A stretch of 61,138 bases of DNA, filler included, from Nemertoderma westbladi (lineage: Eukaryota > Animalia > Xenacoelomorpha): assembly GCA_032718475.1 (NCBI GenBank). It is 3 parts of 3 records of this genome, joined end to end, with 100 filler letters (N's around TTAATTAATTAA, not from the genome) between each part and the next. Parts side by side here need not be neighbours in the genome. Positions count along the whole stretch, not along the records: positions 44,903 to 61,138 come from JAUCBJ010005155.1; 2 more parts are not named here. The stretch is one strand, 5' to 3'. The position numbers were made by a program, and so were the translations under genes. Positions 50,075-61,138 of this stretch are shown here, piece after piece; the first letter of the stretch is position 1; every line of letters begins with the position of its first letter. The notes beneath the pieces are model-generated. The model was given only the letters and a program-made list of their open reading frames with translations. It was not told the DNA's origin and did not search any database.

Positions 50075-53000
50075 ATGGCGAATCAACACCTAAAGGCTCC
50101 ACGCTTAGTTAAACTCACTACGCAGGAATCCATCACGTCATTCGAGTCCTGGCGCCAGACGTTGATTTATAGTCTGTCCCTCGACCCAGAGTTCGCGCGG
50201 TTTACCGCTGCTGGTGCAGTATGGGAGAAGGCTTCTCCTGCGAGTCCGACCCGGGGTCTCGTCGACGACGCCGCCGGTGTTCCGGACGCCCACTTACCGC
50301 GCAGCAACAACTCGTCTCCCTCGAGTTCATGCTGGGCCAAATCGCCAACTACGCGCAGGTTATCGCGCGTAACACCATCGTACTAAAATCTACATCTCTT
50401 TCATACGTCTGGCAAGCCCTCCGATTACATTACGGTTTTCAACGGACAGGCTCCCACTTCCTAGATCTCTCCACCATCCACCTCGAACACGAGGAACGCC
50501 ATGAAGACCTTTTCCAATGTCTCGCAGCCTTTTTCGATGACAACCTCCTCTCACCCCTCGGGGGCATTACCCACCACGGCGAGCTCCCCGCCGCCGCCGA
50601 GGAGATATCCCCCACGGTGGAGAACTTCCTCGTGTTGACTTGGTTACGTCTCATCCACGAGGACTTACCGGCGATGGTTAAGCAACGATATGGCTGCGAA
50701 CTTCGTTCCCGCACCTTGGCTTCCGTCAAGGCCGAGATCAGCCAGGCTATGCCGTCCCTCTTGGAAGAGCTCCGCGTGTCAGCCGACGTGCGCACGTTCC
50801 GCTCCCAGACGACGGAGGTCGCCCCGCGCCACCCGAACCGTGTGCGCCAGCTGGACCGCCGTAGTTTACAGCACCGCACACGACCTGCCAGGATTTGCCC
50901 CCTGTGCAAGGACTTCGACCACTTCCTCAGTACATGCCCGTTCCTCCCCGATCAGGATAAACAGTTCCTCGTCCGGACTCGCGCCGTCGATATCGCCGAT
51001 TCCGCCAGTTCCAATGACGAGTTCGAGCCCCCCGATGATTCCCCAATGAGTTACAACCAACCACCAGCAACCCGCCGAGTCGCTGTGATGCGTTCTCCCG
51101 TCTTAGAAGCCGATTATCAGTCCCGTCCACTTCGATTGCTACTCGACAGTGGCGCAGAATCCGACCTCATCCGGGAGGTGTTCGCCCGCCAGCTGGGCGT
51201 CCATATCTCCCCGAGTAGTTGCCAGGTTCCCGAACAGGCCGATGGACAGTCTAAGATGAAGGTTACCGGCGAAACGCGTTTTGTCGTCCACCGTGGCTCG
51301 ACCCCCTTCCAGTTTAACGGTCTCGTCGTCCCGGAGCTCGGATGTCCCATCATTTGTGGAATGCCGTTCCTATACCGCAATGATATAACGCTACGTCCCG
51401 CCCATATGACGATTACCCTGCCGGACGGCATCACAATACCCTACGGAGGCCAGCACTCAACCTCCACGCGCCCGCGAAGACCCGAGTCCACACTGGTATG
51501 CGCATCTACCCGGTCCGTCGTAGTCTGGCCAGACGCGGATCTCACTCTACCGGTAGCGAGTTCCGTGCCCCTCTTACTGGCACCCCACCATCCAACTACG
51601 TCTCCGAATGAGCCCTGGTTCCAACCGTTCCTCGCCGACGTGCGCGACGGTTCCGTCGCCATCCGCAACGCCACCCAGATCCCCATCAGGATCAAACGGA
51701 ACTCTCACGTTTGCTTGGCAACACCCATCCAACCGGCGGCAATACCGACCGCTGCCGTTGACACAGTCCCACTGCCTACATCGCGCTCTACCCGTCGCCC
51801 CAACCCCCGTTCCGTCGACGGCGTACACTTAGACCCCAACAACATCCTCACAAGCGCTGAACGCCGCCAGTTTTCCGATGTCCTCGCCGCGCACTCCACG
51901 GTATTCGAAGCCGAGTACCCCGGATACAACGGCGCCGCGGGCCCCTACGAAGCCGTTGTCAACATGGGACCAACTCTACCCCCTCAACAGAAAGGACGCG
52001 TACCCCAATACGGCCGCAACCGCCTCGTCGAGTTGCAGGACCGGTTCGACGAACTCGAACAACGCGGTGTCTTCGCTACACCCGAACACGCAGGGGTACA
52101 CGTGGAGTACCTCAGTCCCTCCTTCCTCGTCGCCAAACCCAACGGAGGAACCCGTCTCGTTACGGCCTTTAACGAGATTGCCCGGTATGCTAAACCCCAG
52201 CCATCACTCCTCCCTAGTGTCGAGTCTACCCTGCGCGAAATCGGCTCCTATAAGTTCCTCATCAAAACCGATTTAACGAGTGCGTTCTACCAGATCCCCA
52301 TTAGTCGCAACTCCATGAAGTTCTGCGGTGTTGTTACACCGTTCCGCGGCGTACGAGTCTATACCTGCTGCGCCATGGGTATGCCCGGATCCGAGACCGC
52401 CTTGGAAGAACTGATGTGCCGTGTCCTTGGGGAACTTATCAAGCAGGGCGCCGTCAGTAAACTCGCAGATGATTTGTATTGTGGCGGCAACACGATATCC
52501 GAATTAGCTGCAAATTTTAACGCGCTACTCACAGCCCTCGCACGCTCTTCCTTACGTTTATCCCCCAAGAAGACCGTCATTTGCCCGCGTTCCACTACCA
52601 TTCTTGGCTGGCAATGGACTGCTGGCTCCCTGACCGCGTCATCTCATGTCGTTTCAGCCCTCGCAACCTGCGATAAACCTGACACTGTCCGGTCCCTCCG
52701 TTCCTTCCTGGGATCGTATAAAGTCCTCGCGCGCGTTCTCCCCCATTGCGCTGCACTCCTCTCCGACCTCGACGAACTCGCAGTCGGCGCTTCCGCCGAT
52801 ATCGTTCAGTGGACGGATCCTTCGACTTGCGCATTCTGACATGCTCAGGCCGCCTTGAAAACATGCCGTACTGTGGCTCTCCCACGGCCCTCCGACGAGC
52901 TGTTCATCGTCACCGACGCCGCCTCCAGCGTCGATGGACTCGGCGCTGTCTTATATATCCGCCGCGAGTCGAAACTCATCGTCGCCGGGTTCTACTCCTC

Positions 53001-54920
53001 GAAGTTGCGAACCCATCAACGTACGTGGCTTCCTTGCGAATTGGAAGCACTCGCCATCGCCGCAGCTGTTCATCACTTCGCTCCCTATATCACTCACGCT
53101 ACTACCCGCACGTCCGTTGTCACCGATAGTAAACCCTGCGTCCAGGCGTTCGCTAAACTTACTCGTGGAGCTTACTCCAACAGTCCGAGACTCACTACCT
53201 TCCTCGCCACGGTGAGCCAGTTCTCCCTCCTCGTGGTCCATATCCAGGGTTCGTGCAACCTACCAGCCGACTTCCAAAGTCGCAGTATTTCCGAGTGTGT
53301 TAATCCACAGTGCCAGGTCTGCGACTTCGTTAATCAGCTCGCCGACGAACCCATCATCCGTACGGCGGGTCTCACCAAAGACCCCCCCCCCCCCCTCCAG
53401 CGCGTCCCTTGTACGCCACCCGTAGTACCTGGCTCGTCACCCAGCAGGAATGCGCATCTATCCATCGCGCCAAGGCGCACCTCGCACAGGGCACGCGTCC
53501 ATCCAAGAAGGAAATGACCATCCGCGACGTTAAGCGGTACATCGGCTGCGCGTCCATCGCCATGGACGGACTCCTCGTTGTTCCTCGACACACCGCGTTC
53601 TCGACTCCACGGGAAATGATCGTTGTCCCTCACCATGCGCTCTCTGGTCTCCTTACGTCACTGCACCTCGAGTTGCAGCACCTGTCGCGTACCCAGCTGC
53701 GCGTTACGTTTCTGCGGTACTTCTACGCCCTCGACATGGAAGAAGCCATCACATCCATCCACTCGCCGTGCGCCCAATGCGCTGCGCTGCGTTCCGCCCC
53801 ACGGCGATCCATCGAGCAGTCGTCCGGTGACCCTCCGGCCGCCATCGGAATCGCATTCGCTGCCGATGTCATTCGTCGCCATCGACAGTTCATCCTCACC
53901 CTCCGCGAAACCGCCTCGTCGTACTCCGCTGCCATGTTCCTCTCTGATGAGCAACACACAACGTTGCGGGATGGCCTCCTCACGTTGTGCGTCGGTATGT
54001 GCCCCCTTAGCGGCCCCCACGCAGTCATTCGTACCGATCCCGCACCCGGATTCCGTGCGTTAGTCGGCGACAAAGTTTTATCTGCCCACCATATCCGTAT
54101 TGAGTTGGGACACGCCAAAAATAAAGACAAAAATCCGGTCGCGGAACACGCCGTCCGTGAATTAGAAGATGAACTCCTTAAACTCCATCCCTCCGGGGGA
54201 CCCTACTCCGCTGTGTCTCTCGCCCTCGCCGTCGCCCGGTTAAATGCGCGTATCCGGTCGAGCGGCATATCCGCCCGAGAAATTCTGCTCCAACGCGATC
54301 AGTTTACTGGCGCTCAACTCCCTCTCATCGATTCTGAGCTGATCGACCAGCAACATCGCCGTCGTTTGGCCAATCATCCCCATAGTGCACAGTCCAAAAA
54401 TCCGCATCCCAATCGCTCCGCTAGAGATACTCCGTTAGAAGTAGGAGATATCGTCTATCTCCACGCCGATTCGCCGCAACTACAGGGCCGACCCCGGTAC
54501 ATTGTAGCGACAACGGACCAATCCTGGGTAAGTGTCCGGAAGTTCGTCGGTCGCCAACTACGTTCGCAGGCATATCAGGTTCCGCGGTCCGATTGTTATC
54601 GCGTACCCTACCGCAATACCTCGGTACCTGCGGTCGACGAGCCCTCGTCCAACGACGATGACGAGGGGTCTGCGGGTCTACCTTCCCCGCGACCAACCGA
54701 CACCGAACCACCGGGTGAGCGACATTACCAGGCCCCTCCTCCGGTACCTTCTGTGCGTCCAACTACACCCCCTCCGGCACCAGCGCGCTCCCCATCACCC
54801 TCTTCGTCCCTAGACGAGGTGTTCCTCGGGTTCGATGATGTGGACAACGTTCCTCCACACACCCGGCGTCCTCTGCGTCATACGCGCCCACCAGACTACT
54901 ATGGGTTTCCTCTACCATGA
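50075..54920 (+). pseudogene. gag-pol polyprotein with three disruptions (frameshift near 50290, TGA at 52837-52839, frameshift in poly-C near 53390)
   Basis: Gag MANQHLKAPRL.. with knuckle CPLCKDFDHFLSTC; protease LLDSGA; RT DLTSAFYQIP and LADD; RNase H VTDAA, CELEALAI and TDSKP; integrase H..H..CAQC with D(FAADV), D(IRTDP) and E(VAEHAV). Confidence 0.92.
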
Positions 54921-55385
54921 TTACACCACAATACTAAAGTTTTCCTACGTGTTTATGGTATCCCGTGCGTTACAGCGGCCATTACTATTGGCCCTTAGTT
55001 TGTTTGCATATTTGCATCCCTTTAGTATAGTCTATTTTTTTTGCCAGTCTGTTACAATCCGCTTTAAACTCGTCGTAGTACTTGAGAAACTGACTGACCT
55101 TATGTCCGTACGAAACTGAAAATAATTTAGTTAGGCGTCTTCATGCGTTGTTCATTCTATTTGTAGTATTATTAGTAGGAAAGCCGATCGGTGGTTAAAT
55201 GTCCTTATTTAATTGTGCATACAGTTGTAGTATAAAACGTACCGTACCTATTCGCGAGAAACTGAAAGTAAGTTAGGTAGGCCTTATCATTAGTCAATGC
55301 CGGCACCCTTTTTATATTTGCAATTCATAAAAGGGCAGAACTAACTATCGGAAGGTAAAGTAGAAAGAAAGAAAAAAAGGGATCA

Positions 55386-55734
55386 CGCCAGCCAACCGTC
55401 AAGCCGGTTGACAGACCTAGTGTGGTCACTAGTTAGATCACACCGGGTGACGTCATACTGCTAGGTGTAAGACCGGTCCCCCGGTGAGCAGCATCAGACT
55501 ATCTGATTACCTGGCTCTGCACACTTGCGGAGCTGTATCACCCTTACCCTGACTGCTGGATAGCAGACCTGCTCTGTTACCGTGATACTGGTACTTCGTA
55601 TGATCGTATGATTACTCCAGCCCTCTTTACCCATATCATATGTAACTTAAGTAACTGTATCAATAACCATTTATATATATTAATATACCAGTTACCCACG
55701 TGTCCGCGACACTTGTTCTTTTTACCCTCTGGCG
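55386..55734 (+). repeat. 3' LTR (349 bp)
   Basis: Direct repeat of 49492-49841, preceded by a polypurine tract plus TCA. Confidence 0.95.
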
Positions 55735-57220
55735 CTATATATGTGTACAATAAACATAAAATGACACTCCACCCACTAGTCAGAAAGATTTCCTGTAGGT
55801 TTCATTGGGGATATGTTCGAATAAATCGCAAACTTTGAACTGCAATATCTCTAAAACCAATACAGCATCATCAGAAATATTTCATCAGGTGTCATTTTAT
55901 ACCATTTCCGACCATATATCCAAAAATAAACGAAGTTGATGAACCATGACACCGCGATTTGTCGAATTTGGATGGAATTACCCAATTAATATATTCTGCA
56001 GCACAATATTCCTAACTCAATTGTCGTTTATTGTTTTGGTCCCTTTCAACTCGCCTCTGTAACCTGCTCCTTTACTAACCTGTCTGGTTTTGGAGGCAGC
56101 AGACTGGACCTACTGATCTAATGGCACGGCCCTAACGCTACCACGAACTAACGCCACGGACCTAATGCAATACTACCAGGACCTAACAGCATAATGCTGT
56201 AATGCCACGACTGAATTCAAAGCTAACACAGAAGACATGGACAATGGACAGACCAATCACGGGCGATTTGCGTCACACAGCATGTCCACCTTTTTCAGCT
56301 TTGTTGTCCGCCGTTTTCAAATTTGAATAAGGTTGACTGGGTTGAGAAAGAACAGGTAATGAATTGACCAATCAGATTGATTTGCACATTATAGCAGCTC
56401 TGTCCACCGTTTTCAAAAATTTTCAGAAGGTTTATATGGATTATTATTGTTATTTTTATCCCATACTTACTGTGACCAACCGAAGTTGTCGAAATAGGCC
56501 TAGTTCAATAATATGGGACGATCCTTGAAGTCTGTGAGCTGAGCCTTACAGCCTTAGCATCAATATTGGAACGTCAATATTCTAACGCACTACAGTATTA
56601 TAAAGTTAATTATAATAACTACTGTATCTATTGTACTGTGAGGGAAATATAATATGCTTTATTTACCGTTCATCTCGAGATCTGTTATTAAACGACCGAG
56701 CGCTGCGAGGGAGGTAAATAAGAAAGATTCTAGGCGCGAAAAGGTAAATAAAGTATTATTTATTTTACAATAGGCCCCCTACAACTATGTAGCCCTATGT
56801 ACTGTAGTATTGTTATATGTACTGTATTATTATAATTACTTATAATAAATATTTTTTTCGAAATTGCACCGCAGTCACACCGCAGTTATTCTTCGTCCCT
56901 ATATTGCTTCGTAGCAATGGAAAACTGTATGTATGTATGTAAAAATGCAACGATTCCAAATAAGTAAATAACTATTAGTTCGTTGAGAAATAGCTGAGAT
57001 ATCGGCGTTCAAAAATTGCAGGTATTTGCTTCCGTTGCAACGTGCAGGCCATTTATTCTATTTCATACGCACACAATTTTTTTAGACATTATTATTTATA
57101 TATTTGTTTGACGAGTATTAATAGTTTGATGTCATTTTACTATTGCGTAGCTACTCCATTAAATAAACAAAATATTCCAAAATATTTTTTATTACAGTAC
57201 TGCAGTATATAGTTGAATAA

Positions 57221-57822
57221 TTGAAGACCATGACTTTCTTGAGATGCTTCTTAAAAGACACTGTCCTTGAAGTTGCGGATAATTTCGCGAAAGTCAAGGG
57301 TGATAGGGAGTTGTGGCGGCGCAATTTTGTCGACAGCCCGGTGTTATCAAGCGAAAATGCCCCCCACGCGGAATGCCCCCACGGGCATTTTCGTCTAGCG
57401 CCATATGCATATGTCATGTCCCCCCCCCCCCCCCCCCCAGAGCATTTTCACCCCATATTTTGGGAGTGGCTGTCCGAATCCCTAATTGAAAGTGGAAATG
57501 GAGGCCCAAAACTTTAATTAAAACTGTCATGTAACCCCAACCTTAAATATTTTGGATCCTAAATTCCTCAATATTTCTTAGGTCTGAGCATCATGACTTT
57601 AAGGTTAGGGTTACTAATGACAGTTTTAATTAGGGTTTGGGCCTGATCAACTAACCCAACCACAAAAATAAACCAATAAATCCAAGTTAAAGTGCTGTAT
57701 GGTACGCTAGACCTACTATAATTATACTGTAAGTCTATAGGGGGCATTCCGCGCGGGGGGTGGTAGATACGCCTAGGACACCGACATAGCATTCTTAATG
57801 CAGCTGCTTCCAGCATGCCGAT
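57221..57822 (+). mobile_element. RTE 3' fragment interrupted by a MITE (57339-57783)
   Basis: MTFLRCFLKDT..GDRELWR matches the 33417-33705 family and resumes at 57784 (AGCATTCTTAATGCAGCTGC). The insert has inverted ends CGGTGT..CCCC.CGCGGAATGCCCC / GGGGCATTCCGCG.GGGG..ACACCG. Confidence 0.75.
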
Positions 57823-57841
57823 TATAGATGATAATTGAAAC

Positions 57842-58192
57842 CTGAAAAGGGTGGACACCTGGACAGTCCAATCACTACGAAATAGCATTGCTTTAAAACG
57901 TTTCTGATTGGCCAGACTATTACACCCCTACAGTATCTATGTTTTATGTGCCTGTGTCCACTGGACACTGGACACAGGACACTCAGCACACTGGACACTG
58001 TGTTTGAAAAGTGTGGACTGGACACTGTCCAGTCCACCCTTTTCAAACACACATTTTATTTCCAAATGTAATTAAGAAAGCGAAAACTTGAAAAAGGTGA
58101 ACAGACCAATCGCTACAAACTGCTTTGCTTAATACGTTTCTGATTCGTCTGTCCGTTGTCCCATGTTTTCTGTGTCCAGTCCACCTTTTTCA
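57842..58192. repeat. Two adjacent small TIR units (TGAAAAGGGTGGAC...GTCCACCCTTTTCA)
   Basis: Units at about 57842-58045 and 58089-58192; related sequence at about 56235-56420. Confidence 0.6.
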
Positions 58193-59379
58193 TACACCCG
58201 GCTGCCAGGGACCCCCTATATGGAATACTGACAAAAAAGCGCGCCCACACGCATTCTGGTTAAACGAAAAATCGCGCCCACCCATGATATCAAAATGCGC
58301 GCCAAGCCAACAATTGGACTATGAAATTTTGCAGTAATTGCTTAATTGTAATAATTTATCAGTTTATAATGTTGTAGCCCTACAGTATTTTAACATTAAA
58401 AATGCGATCGAATAATACCTAAACAAACAGCCCATTTTGGTCAGCCGATATACATCAGACTCCCTTTGGGTCACACACCCCGCTAGCCTGATTTATATCC
58501 GGTGGTGTTACTACCTTTGGCAAACATTATAAGCAAGATTTCTGAGATAATAAAAATTGATGGTGAAAATTATCGAAGTCTTAAAAGAGCGAACAAGTTT
58601 CCATTTTTTAATGTTAATTTTGTAATTTTTTATCTATAATCGGAGGAGAGTCTGCATATTATTTTTCATAAATTAAAAATACAATTTTTATCTTGTAGTT
58701 AGAATTAGAAGCACTAGTACCTCGGACATAGAAGTTTTCCTGTAATGGTGTTGAGTTAGAAATTGTAAACTCATAGCGGTAGGCCTATAAGTATCTCAGG
58801 GTCACTTTTCAAACTACCATGTCATTCACAAAGCACACAACTGCAATAATATGCAAGTCCATCAACTACTTCCCTGGCATCAACAAACCTCATTTACTAT
58901 ACCTTCCTGTTCAATGTAATAATGTAAAAGTCGTACCAATAATTACATATGGTTTCAGATAGATATGGCCTTTTCTCACGACTAACAACAACATGAACAT
59001 TCTAGGCAGATTTAAATCAACCTTCCAAAAGAAAGAAAGTCTACCCAAAATCGACAAAAATCCGTTTGGCCTTCGCTCTATTATGCCTTGAAGAAACTTT
59101 AATTTCAGACATTGTCGGAAAAACTCTAACACATATTGAGGAGTAGGCCTACAAAAACTATGTCAGGAGTGTCAAGGAAAATTAGAACAAACTTCTATAG
59201 AATTTTGGGAATCAGAAGCGTTTTGTGTAATCGCCGCTGGTGTAGATCTAACCAAAGTATGCTCCACGTTATTAACTAGGTCATAGGTTTCCCTACCGTT
59301 ACTGCAGCAACATCACGAAATTGACTCACCCTGCGGGCGCAATGCGCATCAAAGTTTTTGAGGAGCCTCTCCAATACCA

Positions 59380-60996
59380 ACACGTTCGTGGGGCCTTCGC
59401 GCAGCACGAGGCCCAGTTATGAGATACAAATTAAAATTGTGCGACTGTATCACAAAATCAGGTTATGGGAGATTAACCCACACCACCAATTAATCAAAGA
59501 AAGGGGGACAGTACGTGTTCACCCCTTTTAATCTGCACCCCCCCCCCCCCCCTCCCCCCACCCACCAATACATAACCGCGACATCTACCACCCACGGAAG
59601 GGTAGCACGAACTTATTTCCAAACGCACGTTCAATATGCAAAGCCAGGTGGTTTATAGAAATATAATCAATGCAGTACTCGTCTTCATTATAAGCCTCTT
59701 TGCGTTCGACCTGTTTTGTATTAAAATATATTTATTAAACGCAGGCTGACGCTCTTTATAATAATAATACCTAGGGATGTCAGCTTCCAGACTTTCAATC
59801 TTTACTGCCGCGCAAACCCGCAGAGGAAGTTTTGGTTGAGAGATCAAGCCCATCGGCAATTGGTGTTTCAATTTCGGTCCAGGAACTCTGACAATGGGAG
59901 CATTCAATCTTAGCTGTGGTCCATTCCCGTGGTTTCGGCTTCCTTTTCTTCGTCCCAATGACAGATTCTTCTGAAGACGTTCGATTCGCTTTCAGTTTAT
60001 TGTTGGCGTTTGTGTTTGAAGTTGTATTCGAGTGGACAGTCGCGCCGGTTTCTAGGTAACCATACCGACCTGTGATAAGCGTTGGTTTTGTTGAGTGCCG
60101 GTATTCATCTTCTCTCACCTCTTCAATGTCAGATGTTGCAAATACTGATAACACGAATAACGGTATATAGGCCTATTTCAATACTTGTCAATAGTAATAT
60201 ATATAATTTAGATAACTAATTTTATATCTGTACTGTTGAGCAAACTCTACATAAATTCCAACCTGTGTATTGCCGGTAGTGCTGTTGGTGTGCAAGTCTG
60301 CAAGTGCTAGTTGCCACCGGTCAGCCGGTACCGGTAGTAGGGTGGTACCTACGGTGCGCACTACAATGGCAGTACAGCAATACGGTGTACCGTGCCAATG
60401 ACTGAATGATTACTGGATTAGCGGTAACTATCTAAACTATTATATTATTATTACCGGTGCCGGTAATGCAGTAATGGGAGGCTGTTAGGCCTAAACTATA
60501 ATCACCGCAAGGGTTGCCGGGCCATGTTTAATTAGATTACATGATATGGCATGTCTGCAGTGTATGGTACCGGCTGACCAGTATTGCAGTATTGACTGAT
60601 TGCAGGATTCTCGATTCAGGGATTGAGTACAGCCTGACAGTACCGGTACACATGGTACATGCAGACTGCCCCAATGTATTGCAAAATTTGTCAGAAACCC
60701 AGCTGATTTATCCTACAGTAATAATAATTTAACGCATTTTAAATTTGGATAAATAAATTTATTATAACTGCAATAACAGTTACACTGATGCTGCACGAAG
60801 GCCCCACGCAAATTCTACTTGGAAAATTTTCAAACTTTTGCCAAACAATATGTGTACCAAGTTTGGATAGATTTCATCAAGGATTGGCCGAGTTATTAAC
60901 GTTTAAAATAAAATACTGAAAAAAAACGCGACAGAACGACAGGTTGATTAATGGTACCCCTACGCTAAGGCTCACTCACTTCGTGGCTCGCCCCAC
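59380..60996. mobile_element. Non-autonomous Helitron/Helentron-like element, copy 2, with a different interior
   Basis: Both ends match the ends of 3051-7337, while 59780-60785 is unrelated to the interior of copy 1. Confidence 0.55.
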
Positions 60997-61138
60997 ATAT
61001 CTTCTCCTTACCTGCCCACAAAACACATTGTCCCACTATAACAGGTCGAAATGACTTAAGATCATTCTTATTGATATATTTATTCTAATATAGTACCAGC
61101 TAACTGATCTGTATACAAGTTTAGTGTTATTTATTATT

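Larger units (their letters stand above)
49492..55734 (+). mobile_element. Full-length LTR retrotransposon with CG...CG termini and 3-bp TSD (Troyka-like; PR-RT-RH-IN order)
   Basis: LTRs are 49492-49841 and 55386-55734 with about 4 differences and ends CGCCAG...CTGGCG. CTA lies at 49489-49491 and 55735-55737, the PPT at 55362-55382, and the PBS-like TGGCGTTGTGGCA starts at 49837. Confidence 0.93.

Noticed and set aside
50439-54813. Many short overlapping or antisense ORFs in the LTR element (likewise over BRF1 and PRMT1)
   Set aside because: These are expected shadows of GC-rich coding sequence.

Overview
AT-rich, repeat-dense genomic DNA from an invertebrate animal. It is three contigs joined by artificial 100-nt N/TTAATTAATTAA spacers (24194-24293, 44803-44902). 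Four host genes lie on the minus strand: a two-exon fragment of a gustatory-receptor-like protein; the last six exons of a classical-type cadherin (EGF, TM, p120 site, beta-catenin site); BRF1 with one intron; and an intronless PRMT1/8-family methyltransferase. Mobile DNA includes a rearranged Penelope-like element (RT + GIY-YIG, with a variant minimal hammerhead motif) inside one copy of a 1511-bp tandem duplication. It also includes a near-intact 6.2-kb LTR retrotransposon with non-canonical CG...CG termini, a 3-bp TSD and a PBS overlapping the LTR (Troyka-like). Nested RTE/CR1-type LINE fragments, a tRNA-derived SINE, several MITEs, Helitron/Helentron-like non-autonomous elements and five tandem arrays (24, 108-110, 53, 31 and 27 bp units) are also present. 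The most unusual signal is the 110-bp array in the last cadherin intron. Each unit copies the 14 codons of the beta-catenin-binding core plus a perfect splice donor, so it could act as an array of in-frame 42-nt microexons or alternative donors. All calls were made by eye with no database searches.
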